From Candidatus Eiseniibacteriota bacterium (GTDB lineage Bacteria > Eisenbacteria > RBG-16-71-46): DNA of 22,897 nucleotides. How positions within the stretch are numbered: position 1 is the first letter of the stretch; each line of letters opens with the position of its first letter. The notes below the pieces were generated by a model that did not search any database, was not told the origin of the DNA, and worked only from the letters and a program-made list of their open reading frames with translations. Positions 8,596 through 16,831 of the stretch are shown piece by piece. Where the stretch lies: positions 1 through 22,897 of the forward strand of contig JBGAOA010000066.1 of assembly GCA_044222065.1 (NCBI GenBank), read 5' to 3'. The translations under genes and the position numbers were made by a program.

Positions 8596-9216
8596 CTACT
8601 TGCCGGCGCCCGAGTTCAGGTACTTCTCGAGCACGTCGATGCTCTCCTTCGCGCTCACCGCTTCGGGCGAGCCGGGCGCGAGCTCGATGACCTTCTTCCA
8701 CATGCGGATCGCGTCCTGGTAGATGCCCGCGTCCGCGAACGCGACGCCGAGCGTGAAGTAGGCGCAGTGCGAACCGGGCTTCTTCCGGATGATGCCGCGC
8801 AGCAGGTCCACCGCGGCGGCGTAGCTGCCCTGGGCGTAGTACGAGCTCGCGAGGCGGCAGCCCGCCACCGAGTCCTCGGGCGCGAGCTTGAGCGCCTGCT
8901 GGTACATCTCCTGCGCGCGCGGACCGTTGCTCGCCGCGTCGTAAGCCGCGCCCAGGTTCACGAGCGTCTTCAGGTCGTTCGGCTTCGCCCTGAGCGCCCG
9001 CATCAGCACCTTCTGCGCCTCTTCGAACCGGTCGCGGTCCAAGTAGAGGATGCCGAGCTTCGTGAGGTTCTCGAACTTGCTCGAATCGCGGGCCACGGCC
9101 TTCTCGAGCAGCGTGAGGCTGTCCACCGGGGCGGCGGGCTTCGAATCCGCGGCCAGCGCGGGCGCAGCGGCGAGCGCGAGGCCGAGTACGAGGGCGAACC
9201 AGAGCGGGCGCTTCAC
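8596..9216 (-). CDS. Secreted tetratricopeptide-repeat protein
   Basis: GTG at 9216 after SD GGAGG, signal peptide ending ALA, and TPR patterns LGILY..EEA, NLGAAY..A, LASSYY..G.YAAA, TLGVAF..G.YQDA. Confidence 0.85.
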   Translation of the reverse strand: MKRPLWFALVLGLALAAAPALAADSKPAAPVDSLTLLEKAVARDSSKFENLTKLGILYLDRDRFEEAQKVLMRALRAKPNDLKTLVNLGAAYDAASNGPRAQEMYQQALKLAPEDSVAGCRLASSYYAQGSYAAAVDLLRGIIRKKPGSHCAYFTLGVAFADAGIYQDAIRMWKKVIELAPGSPEAVSAKESIDVLEKYLNSGAGK

Positions 9217-9235
9217 GAACGATTCCTCCGTGGAG

Positions 9236-10456
9236 TCACTGGGATTTCGGGGGCCGCGAGGATAGCACGCTCCGCGTCGCGCGGTGGAGCGCCTGGTCGA
9301 GGTCGGCCCACAGGTCCTCCGGCGCCTCGAGCCCGACCGAGAGCCGCACGCAGCCATCCGGAATGCCGGCGCGCGCTCGCCCCTCGGCGCCCAGCATCGC
9401 GTGCGAAGTGTGCGCGGGCAGGGACGCCAGGGATTCGACGCCCCCGAGGCTCGGACCGTTGCCCACGATTTCGAATGCGTCCACGACGGCCTCGGCCGCC
9501 GCGAGCCCGCCCCGCACGTCGAACGACAGCAGCGGGCCGAAGCCGCGCGTCATCTGCTGGCGCGCGATCTCGTGGCCGGGGTGGTGGATGAGCCCGGGGT
9601 AGAACACCCGCTCGACCGCCGCGTGCCCCTGCAGGCGCACCGCGAGCTCGAGCGCCGCGCGGTTCGCGTGCTCGACGCGCAGCGGCAGCGTCTTGAGGCT
9701 GCGCTCGATCTGCCACGCGCTCGTCGGATCGAGCGTCGGCCCGAACACCTTGCGCGCCTCGTACACGCCGCCGAGCGATTCCGCGGAACCGACGGCGAGG
9801 CCCGCGAGCAGGTCGCCGTGTCCGCCGATGGACTTGGTCGCGCTGTACACGACGACGTCGGCGCCGAGTTCGAGCGGCCGCTGTCCGAGCGGCGAGGCGA
9901 CCGTGTTGTCCACGACGAGCCACGCGCCGCGGCGGTGCGCGATCCGCGCGGCGTCGGTGAGATCCACGACGCACAACGTGGGATTCGTCGGCGACTCGAC
10001 CAGGAACAGCCGCGTGTTCGGACGGAACGCCGCATCGAAGGACTCGGCGTCGCGCGCGTCCACGAGCGTGTGCGTCCACCCGAAGCGCTCGGCGCCCCAG
10101 CGCAGCAGGGCCGGCGTTCCGCCGTAGCACTGCTCGAGCGCGACGACGTGATCGCCTGCGCGCAGCCGCGCGAAACACACGCTCGCGATCGCGGCCATGC
10201 CCGACGCGAACAGCAGCGCCGCGCCGGCGTCTTCGAGTTCCGCGAGCCGCGCTTCGACCGCGTTCACCGTCGGATGGCCGTAGCGCTGGTAGAACGCGCC
10301 GGCGGCGTGCTTCGCCTGCTCGGCGTTCTGCGAGGCGAGGTCCGGGAACGTGAACGTCGAGGAGTGCACGATCGGCGTGCTCATCGGGCCGAAGTGCGGC
10401 GACGCGCCGTGGATCGCGCGCGTCTGCACGTCCCGCGGGGTTCGCGGACGGCTCAT
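9236..10456 (-). CDS. Cys/Met metabolism PLP-dependent enzyme (cystathionine gamma-synthase/lyase family)
   Basis: TPIVHSSTF, YQRYGHPT, FASGMAAI, YGGT, ESPTNP, VVDNT, SATKSIGGHGD (PLP Lys), SLGGVESL and RLSVGLE. SD GAAGGAG precedes ATG 10456. Confidence 0.92.
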   Translation of the reverse strand: MSRPRTPRDVQTRAIHGASPHFGPMSTPIVHSSTFTFPDLASQNAEQAKHAAGAFYQRYGHPTVNAVEARLAELEDAGAALLFASGMAAIASVCFARLRAGDHVVALEQCYGGTPALLRWGAERFGWTHTLVDARDAESFDAAFRPNTRLFLVESPTNPTLCVVDLTDAARIAHRRGAWLVVDNTVASPLGQRPLELGADVVVYSATKSIGGHGDLLAGLAVGSAESLGGVYEARKVFGPTLDPTSAWQIERSLKTLPLRVEHANRAALELAVRLQGHAAVERVFYPGLIHHPGHEIARQQMTRGFGPLLSFDVRGGLAAAEAVVDAFEIVGNGPSLGGVESLASLPAHTSHAMLGAEGRARAGIPDGCVRLSVGLEAPEDLWADLDQALHRATRSVLSSRPPKSQ

Positions 10457-10506
10457 GGCGTCTCCTTCCGAAGGGGTTCGACGGCGGGGTAGAGTGCGAC
10501 GGCATT

Positions 10507-10654
10507 CCAGGCTCTGTCGGAGAAGCCTGAGTGCAAGGCGCGAGCGAGCGCGACCCACGCTTCGCGCGGGTGCCCCGGAGGCGTATCTGCAGGATACTCC
10601 GCAGCGAGGAGCGAGCGAGAAACGCTGCAATCGGGCTTCTCAGACTGGGCCTGG
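10507..10654. repeat. Structured palindromic intergenic element, copy 1 (MITE/REP-like)
   Basis: 24-bp terminal inverted repeats (20/24 match), internal hairpins, and sequence blocks shared with 12695-12817 in inverted orientation. Confidence 0.8.
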
Positions 10655-10732
10655 TCACGGGCGCGCGCCGGGAACCGCGAACGAACGCACGCGAGGGAAC
10701 GCCCGTCGGACGCTGGCGGACGAGGAGTGGCG

Positions 10733-11869
10733 GTGAACGAGCGCACGGGCGGCCCTGCGGTGTCGGCGTCGGACGTGGCGCGGGTCGCGATCGTGCGGCC
10801 GCGCTTCCTCGGCGACCTGTGCCTGACGCTGCCCCTGCTGGACGCGGTGCGCGCGGCGTGCCCGGGCGCCCGCGTCGCCTACGTGGTCGAGCGCGAGAGC
10901 GCGGCGCTGCTCGAGCGCGACCCGCGCGTGGACGAACTCGTCGTCGTGCCGCGCCGCCCGGCGATCGCCGAGTCGTTCGCGCTGATCGGCCGGCTGCGGC
11001 GCTTCGCGCCCGACCTCGTGTTCGACCTGTTCTGCAACCCGCGCACCGCCCAGTGGACCGCGCTGTCGGGCGCGCGCTTTCGCGTCGGCTACCCGAACAA
11101 GGGCTGGCGCTCGCGCGTCTACACGCACCACGCGCGGCCGCGCACGCTCTCGGCGATCGGGTTCCACCTCGCCTCGCTCGAGGCGCTCGGCTGGCCGGCG
11201 CCGGGCGGCCCGTGGTCGCGCGCGCGGCTCGCCGAGCCGGTCGCGCCGCAGCCCCGCCTGCGGCTCGACGACGCCGACCGCGCCGAAGCGCGCCGCACGC
11301 TCGCGGCGCTCGGCGTGCCGGAGTCGGCGCCGCTCGTCGGCTTCCACCCGGGCGCGCGCTGGCCGACGCGGCGCTGGGACCCCGCGCGCTTCGCGGCGCT
11401 CGCCGGGCTCGCGCTCGCGGACGATCCCGCGCGCTTCGCGCTCGTCACGGCCGGCCCCGGCGAGGCGCCGCTCGCGCGCGAGATCGCGGAGGCCGCGGGC
11501 CCGCGCGCCGTCGTGGTCGCCGACCAGCCGGTGCGGCGGTTCGTCGCGATCCAGTCGTGCTGCGACGCGTTCGTGAGCGGCGACACGGGTCCGCTCCACA
11601 CCGCCGTCGCCGCGGGCGCGCCGACGCTCGGCCTGCTCACGCGCAACCGCCCGGCGATGTTCTTCCCGTACGCCGAGGCCGACGGCCACCGGGCGCACAC
11701 GGCCCGCGTCGAGTGCAGTCCGTGCGACCGCGACGTGTGCGCGGATCTGCGCTGTCTCCACCGTCTCACCGTCGAGGGCGCGTGGGCGCTGCTCGAAGCG
11801 ATGCTCGCGCGCGCGGCGCGCCGCGCGGGCGCCGGACCGGACCCGCGCGCCGCGCGGGGGTCGCCGTGA
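10733..11869 (+). CDS. Glycosyltransferase family 9 (LPS heptosyltransferase-like)
   Basis: RPRFLGDLCLTLP, FHPGARWPTRRW, SGDTGPLHTAVAAGAPT and C-terminal CSPC motifs. SD GAGGAG at 10722-10727 favours GTG 10733. Confidence 0.9.
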   Translation: MNERTGGPAVSASDVARVAIVRPRFLGDLCLTLPLLDAVRAACPGARVAYVVERESAALLERDPRVDELVVVPRRPAIAESFALIGRLRRFAPDLVFDLFCNPRTAQWTALSGARFRVGYPNKGWRSRVYTHHARPRTLSAIGFHLASLEALGWPAPGGPWSRARLAEPVAPQPRLRLDDADRAEARRTLAALGVPESAPLVGFHPGARWPTRRWDPARFAALAGLALADDPARFALVTAGPGEAPLAREIAEAAGPRAVVVADQPVRRFVAIQSCCDAFVSGDTGPLHTAVAAGAPTLGLLTRNRPAMFFPYAEADGHRAHTARVECSPCDRDVCADLRCLHRLTVEGAWALLEAMLARAARRAGAGPDPRAARGSP

Positions 11870-12669
11870 AGCGCGTGCCGATCGTGACGTTCGTCTCCGA
11901 CTTCGGACGCGACGACTGGTTCGTCGGCGTCGTCCACGGCGTGCTCGCGAGCGGCTGCCCCGACGCGCGCGTCGTGGACCTCACGCACGAGATCCCGCCC
12001 GGCAACGTCGAGCGCGGCGCGTTCGTGCTCGAGGCGGCCTCCGGCGACTTCCCGCCCGGCACGGTGCACCTCGCCGTCGTGGATCCGGGCGTCGGCACCG
12101 CGCGGCGCGCGCTCGCCGTCGCGGCCCACGGCCAGACGTTCGTCGGCCCCGACAACGGCCTGCTCGAGTGGGCGTTCGCGGATCCGCGCGCGGAGGCGCA
12201 CGCGCTCACGAACGAACGCCACTTCCGCACGCCGCTCTCCCGCACGTTCCACGGCCGCGACGTGTTCGCCCCCGTCGCCGCCGGACTCGCGTGCGGCGCG
12301 CCGCTCGCCGAGTTCGGTCCGCGCATCACCGATCCGGTGCGGCTCGCGCGGCACGCGCCGGTCGAGCTCCCGGGCGGGCTCCAGGGCTGCGTCGTGTTCG
12401 TGGACCGCTTCGGGAACGCGCTCACGAACCTCACCGCGGCCGCGCTCGAGCGCGCGTTCCCGGGCGTGCCGGAAACGTCGCTCGAGGTCCGCGTGCACGA
12501 CCGCCGCATCGCGGGGGTGTCACGCTCCTATGGCGACGCCGCGATCGGCACGCTCGTCGCGATCCTCGGCTCGAGCGGGCGGCTCGAACTCGCGCAGGTC
12601 GGCGGACACGCGGCCGAACGCTGGGGCATCGGCGAGCGCGACCGCGTGACGATCGTGCGGGCGGGCTGA
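11866..12669 (+). CDS. SAM hydroxide adenosyltransferase (DUF62; chlorinase/fluorinase superfamily)
   Basis: IVTFVSDFG, VDLTHEIPP, VHLAVVDPGVG, FVGPDNG, TFHGRDVFAP, VDRFGNALTN and SSGRLELA. GTGA overlap with the GT9 stop. Confidence 0.93.
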   Translation: MKRVPIVTFVSDFGRDDWFVGVVHGVLASGCPDARVVDLTHEIPPGNVERGAFVLEAASGDFPPGTVHLAVVDPGVGTARRALAVAAHGQTFVGPDNGLLEWAFADPRAEAHALTNERHFRTPLSRTFHGRDVFAPVAAGLACGAPLAEFGPRITDPVRLARHAPVELPGGLQGCVVFVDRFGNALTNLTAAALERAFPGVPETSLEVRVHDRRIAGVSRSYGDAAIGTLVAILGSSGRLELAQVGGHAAERWGIGERDRVTIVRAG

Positions 12670-12694
12670 GGCCGGCGCCGGTCCCTCCCGGGCG

Positions 12695-12817
12695 CCAGGC
12701 TCCGTTTGAAAACCCGATTGCCGCGTTGGCTCGGTCGTTCGTCACTGCGGAGTATCCTGCGGACACACCTCGTTCCTCACTCCCTCGCCGCCTTGCAGTG
12801 GGTTTTTCAAACGGCGC
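12695..12817. repeat. Structured palindromic intergenic element, copy 2 (MITE/REP-like)
   Basis: Terminal inverted repeat GCTCCGTTTGAAAACCC / GGGTTTTTCAAACGGCGC. The 16-nt core CTGCGGAGTATCCTGC is identical to the reverse complement of 10589-10604. Confidence 0.8.
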
Positions 12818-13281
12818 GCGCCCCCGCCGGACGCTCCGCGCCGGGCGCGACGCCGGTCGAGAAGCGCGCGCGGATCGAATCGGGCACGCGGCACGTCCGC
12901 CCCGTGGCGGGATCGATCGGACACCACAGCGTGCGCGACTTCGCGAAGCGCCGGCCGTCGGCGCGCACGATCGGAACGCTCGAAGTCGCGTCCGACCTGC
13001 GCGCCGATCCACGCGCGGCCGATGACGGCGTCGCCCGGCAGGACCGGGCGCTCGTAGTCCACCTCGTGCCGCGCGACGACCCAGACGAGCGCGGCGCGCT
13101 CGTCGGTGGTCGTGCCCGAGTTCCAGTGCGCGATCGCGAGTTCCTGGATCCAGCGCAGGTAGACAACGTTGTTGACGTGCCCGAGTTCGTCCACGTCGCC
13201 GGGCAGGATCGCGAGCGGCGTCTCGAACGGCGGCAGCGGTCCCGGCTCCGCGCCCGCTCCGCTCGCGCGTTCGATCGTCAC
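12807..13281 (-). pseudogene. Acyl-CoA thioesterase (4HBT/YbgC hotdog fold), frameshifted: pseudogene or sequence error
   Basis: The N-terminal part DVDELGHVNNVVYLRW...WVVARHEVDYERP...RDFER is in ORF 12742..13281. The expected C-terminal part IVRADGRRFAKSRTLWCPIDPATGR is in ORF 12807..13166. The frame switch is at about 12972-12975. Confidence 0.82.
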
Positions 13282-13302
13282 GCTCGCGCCCCCCTTCGAC
13301 GC

Positions 13303-13332
13303 CGAAGCCCCGGCGCGATCGCCGGGGCTTCG
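13303..13332 (-). terminator. Hairpin downstream of ctpA (terminator or mRNA stabiliser)
   Basis: CGAAGCCCCGGCG-CGAT-CGCCGGGGCTTCG forms a perfect 13-bp stem about 20 bp after the ctpA stop. No U tract. Confidence 0.6.
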
Positions 13333-13351
13333 TGAGTCCGTTCGCCCGCGC

Positions 13352-14974
13352 TCAGCGGGCCTTCGGCGCGTCGTCGCGCGCCACCACGCCCGACATCAGC
13401 TTCGCCGCGCGCGGGAACAGGTCGAGCCCCTGGTTCAGCTGCGGGTCGTCCTCGACGAGGATGCGGTAGCGCTCCGTCGCGCCGACCGTCGCGCTCGCGA
13501 ACTCGGCGCGCAGCTGGCGCAGGATGAACGGCCGGTCCGCCGTCCACACCGAGTCGGTCATCGCGACCTTGCGGTTGTCCACGACCTTGCGGAAGTCGGT
13601 CCACTCGTCGTCGCTCAGCTTGAACGACGGGCCCCAGGTCTGCGCGCCGAACTTCTGGCCCTTCTTGAGCGCGAGCCAGTGGGTCGCGTACTCGAAGAAG
13701 ACGCGCTTCTGGATCATGTCGGCCTCGAGGCGCGTGAGGTGGTCGCCGTCCTTCAGCACGACGTCGGGGTAGATGCCGCCGCCGCCGTACACCGTGCGGC
13801 CCGCGGTCGTCTTGAACTTCGGCCGTGTCGCGAGCACGGAATCGCTCGGCACGTCGCCCTGCGCGTAGCCCTCGAGCGAATAGTCGTCGCGGTCGGCGAA
13901 CTTCGAGTAGTCGCGCTGGATGAGGCGCCCGCTCGGCGTGTAGTACTTCGCGACCGTCAGCAGCAGCTTCGAGCCGTCCGAGAGCCGAAGCTGGTTCTGC
14001 ACGAGGCCCTTGCCGAACGAGTTCGTGCCCGCGACGAGGCCGCGGTCGAGGTCCTGCATCGCGCCGGAGACGATCTCGGACGCCGACGCGCTGCCGTGGT
14101 CGATCAGCACGACGACCGGCAGGTCCGTCGCCTTCGGGCGGTCCGTGCTCTTGTAGTCGGCGTTCGACGACGGGATGCGGCCGCGCGTGTAGACGAGCAG
14201 CTTGTCGGCCGGCACGAGCTGGTCGAGCACGTCCACCGCCTGCGACAGCAGGCCGCCCGAGTTCGAGCGCAGGTCGATCAGCAGCGACTTCATGCCCTGC
14301 GACTTCAGGCTCGCGATCGCCTTCGACAGCTCCTCGCCCGTCGTCTGCGAGAAGCGGATGACGCGCACGTAGCCGATGCCGGGTCGCGCCATGTAGACGT
14401 ACGGGATGCTCTCGATCGGGATCTTCGCGCGCTCGATCGTGTAGACGAGCGGCTCGCCCTCGCCCTCGCGCTCGATCTTCACGAGCACGGTCGAGCCGGC
14501 GGCGCCGCGGAGCATCTTGAACACGTCGTCGTTCGTCACCGTCTTCGGCACCGGCTTCGAATCGATCTCGACGATGCGGTCGCCCGCGTGGATGCCGAGC
14601 CGGTAGCTCGGCGTGCCCTCGATCGCGGACAGCACGGTGATGACGCCGTCGCGGATCTCGAACTGCACGCCGATGCCGGAGTACTCGCCCTGGAACTGCT
14701 CGTCCATCTGTTCGGCGCGCTTCACCGGCAGGTACACCGTGTGCGGATCGAGCGTCTTCAGCATGCCGTCGATCGCGCCCTTCATCAGCTTCTCGTTGTC
14801 GGGCGCGTCCACGTAATGGTTCTGCACGAGGTACAGCACCTGCGTGAACACGTCGAGCTGCGCGCGCAGCGTGTCGGTGGCCTGAAGTCCGCGCGCGAGG
14901 CCGAAGCCGAGCAGCAGCGCGAGCGACATCGCGACGATCAGAGGACCGTTGGACGAGCGACGGAAGAACGGCAT
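13352..14974 (-). CDS. Carboxyl-terminal processing protease, S41A family (CtpA/Prc-like)
   Basis: N-terminal signal/anchor, GAIDGMLKTLDPHT, PDZ YSGIGVQF, IDLRSNSGG, SASASEIV (Ser), SFGKGLVQ (Lys), YYTPSGRLIQ and GGGGIYPD. ATG at 14974. Confidence 0.95.
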   Translation of the reverse strand: MPFFRRSSNGPLIVAMSLALLLGFGLARGLQATDTLRAQLDVFTQVLYLVQNHYVDAPDNEKLMKGAIDGMLKTLDPHTVYLPVKRAEQMDEQFQGEYSGIGVQFEIRDGVITVLSAIEGTPSYRLGIHAGDRIVEIDSKPVPKTVTNDDVFKMLRGAAGSTVLVKIEREGEGEPLVYTIERAKIPIESIPYVYMARPGIGYVRVIRFSQTTGEELSKAIASLKSQGMKSLLIDLRSNSGGLLSQAVDVLDQLVPADKLLVYTRGRIPSSNADYKSTDRPKATDLPVVVLIDHGSASASEIVSGAMQDLDRGLVAGTNSFGKGLVQNQLRLSDGSKLLLTVAKYYTPSGRLIQRDYSKFADRDDYSLEGYAQGDVPSDSVLATRPKFKTTAGRTVYGGGGIYPDVVLKDGDHLTRLEADMIQKRVFFEYATHWLALKKGQKFGAQTWGPSFKLSDDEWTDFRKVVDNRKVAMTDSVWTADRPFILRQLRAEFASATVGATERYRILVEDDPQLNQGLDLFPRAAKLMSGVVARDDAPKAR

Positions 14975-14993
14975 GCGAGTCCCCGGGTGGAGG

Positions 14994-16169
14994 TCAGGCG
15001 CTCGCGGCGAGCGCGCGGGTGCGGCCGAGGCGTTCCACGGCCGCATCGAGAGTCTGTTGCCGGCGGGCGAAGTGGAAGCGCAACCGCTGCCGCCCGTCCG
15101 CCGCGTTCGAGTAGAAGCTCGAGCCGGGAACGGCGGCGACGCCGACCTGCGCCACGAGCCAGCGCGCGAAGGCCACGTCGTCGGACGCCCCGAAGCCCGA
15201 CAGGTCCGTCATCACGTAGTAGGCGCCCTTCGGACGGAACGGTCGGAAGCCGGCCGCTTCGAGCGCGGGAACCAGGAAGTCGCGGCGCTGGCGATAGCCG
15301 TCGGCGAGCCGCGTGTAGTAATCCATCGGCAATTCTAGGGCCGTGGCCGCGGCCTCTTGTAGAGGCGCGGGCGCCCCCACGGTCAGGAAGTCGTGAACTT
15401 TGCGGATCGCGTTCGTGAGCGTCGGCGGCGCGAGGCACCAGCCGATGCGCCAACCGGTCACGCTGTAGGTCTTCGAGACGCCGCTGATCGTGACGGTCCG
15501 CTCGCGCATGCCCTCGAGCGTCGCGAGGCTCACGTGGCGCTCGCCGTCGTAGAGGATGTGCTCGTAGATCTCGTCCGTGATCGCGACGACGTCCCAGCGC
15601 CGGCACAGCTCGGCGATGAACTCGAGTTCGTCGCGCGTGAACACCTTCCCCGTCGGGTTGTTCGGCGTGTTGATGACGATCGCCTTCGTGCGCTCGCCGA
15701 ACGCCGCCGCCAGATCGTCGCGGTCGAAGCTCCAGTCGGGCTCGCGCAGCCGCACGAAGCGCGGCTCGGCGCCGCACAGGATCGCGTCGGGGCCGTAGTT
15801 CTCGTAGAACGGTTCGAACACGATCACCTGCTCGCCGGGATTCACGAGCGCGAGCAGCGTTGCCGCCATGCACTCGGTCGACCCGCAGCACACGGTGACT
15901 TCCCGCTCGGGATCGAATGCGAGCCCCGTGAAGCGCTCCTGCTTCGCGACGAGCGCATCGCGCAGGCGCTTCGCCCCCCACGTGATCGCGTACTGGTTGA
16001 CGTCGGCGGCGACCGCGCGCGCCGCGGCTTCCTTGAGCGCTTCGGGCGCGGGGAAATCGGGGAAGCCCTGCGCGAGGTTCACGCCCGAGTGCTCGTGGCA
16101 CAGGCGGGTCATCTCGCGGATCACGGACTCGGTGAATCGCGTGCTGCGTTCGGACACGGGTGAGCGCAT
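14994..16169 (-). CDS. PLP-dependent aminotransferase class I/II (YbdL/kynurenine-methionine aminotransferase-like)
   Basis: VNLAQGFPDF, FEPFYENY, NTPNNPTGKVF, TDEIYEH, SKTYSVTGWRIG and PKGAYY. ATG at 16169. Confidence 0.93.
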   Translation of the reverse strand: MRSPVSERSTRFTESVIREMTRLCHEHSGVNLAQGFPDFPAPEALKEAAARAVAADVNQYAITWGAKRLRDALVAKQERFTGLAFDPEREVTVCCGSTECMAATLLALVNPGEQVIVFEPFYENYGPDAILCGAEPRFVRLREPDWSFDRDDLAAAFGERTKAIVINTPNNPTGKVFTRDELEFIAELCRRWDVVAITDEIYEHILYDGERHVSLATLEGMRERTVTISGVSKTYSVTGWRIGWCLAPPTLTNAIRKVHDFLTVGAPAPLQEAAATALELPMDYYTRLADGYRQRRDFLVPALEAAGFRPFRPKGAYYVMTDLSGFGASDDVAFARWLVAQVGVAAVPGSSFYSNAADGRQRLRFHFARRQQTLDAAVERLGRTRALAASA

Positions 16170-16206
16170 GGGCGCGGAGTCTAGCGGCTCGTCCGCACGC
16201 GACCAA
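16170..16206 (-). promoter_or_regulatory. Putative sigma70 promoter abutting the aminotransferase start (leaderless-type)
   Basis: Minus strand reads TTGGTC-N17-TAGACT-CCGCGCCC-ATG. No SD. Confidence 0.6.
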
Positions 16207-16237
16207 CGGGCGATTCGCACCGGCGCGTGCGCGCCGG

Positions 16238-16768
16238 TCACGGGCGCGGCGCGAGCACGCCGAGGTAGCGGCGCCACGGCCCGACCGCCTCGACGTAGCG
16301 GAACGCCATCGCGCGCGCGATCTGCGCGAGGTGGTTGAGGTCGTGCACCGCCCACGTCGCGACGAGCTGGCCGAGCGTCACGACGCCGAGTTCCGGGTGG
16401 AGCCCGCGGCGCGCGAGCTGTTCGTCGGTGAGCGCGAGCGCGCGCAGCGCGATCAGGTTGCCCGCGCGCTCCGAGGCGAACGTGTCGAGCAGCTCGGCGA
16501 GCGTGCGGCCGCGGCTCGCCTCGAACATCGCGAATCGGTCGAACGGCACGAACGGCTTCGACTCGCCGTGCTCGAGCAGGTGCCGCACGCGCACCATCCA
16601 GTCGGTGCGCTCGCCGTGAATGAGGTGCCCGACCACGTCGAACGGCGAGAACGCCTCCGCGTGCTCGCGCGCCGACCCCCAGTGCTCCCCGAGGCCGCCG
16701 AGCTCGGCGCGCAGCACCGACGGCGTGCGCTCCAGGATCTCGACCGCCTGCTCGATTCGAATCGCCAT
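16238..16768 (-). CDS. DinB/YfiT-family metal-dependent protein
   Basis: LERTPSVL, FSPFDVVGHLIHGERTDW, GLHPELG and WAVHDLNHLAQI (His triad). SD GGAGGAGG. Confidence 0.9.
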   Translation of the reverse strand: MAIRIEQAVEILERTPSVLRAELGGLGEHWGSAREHAEAFSPFDVVGHLIHGERTDWMVRVRHLLEHGESKPFVPFDRFAMFEASRGRTLAELLDTFASERAGNLIALRALALTDEQLARRGLHPELGVVTLGQLVATWAVHDLNHLAQIARAMAFRYVEAVGPWRRYLGVLAPRP

Positions 16769-16831
16769 CGCGCCTCCTCCGTTCGGGCCGCTTCCTCCGA
16801 TGCCGCGCCGCGCCGCCGGGTGCGGAACGCG

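Noticed and set aside
9236..10456. Specific call as methionine gamma-lyase
   Set aside because: It has YGGT rather than the YGCT typical of MGL, so the substrate is left unassigned.
10457..10660. SAM riboswitch upstream of the Cys/Met enzyme
   Set aside because: No SAM-I/II consensus elements are recognisable. The structured sequence is explained by the repeat, which has a second copy between convergent gene ends.
11866..12669. Fluorinase/chlorinase (halogenase) activity
   Set aside because: It carries the DUF62 hydrolase Asp/Arg/His features (VVDPGVGTAR, TFHGRD) rather than the halogenase-type loop, so it is most likely an ordinary SAM hydrolase.
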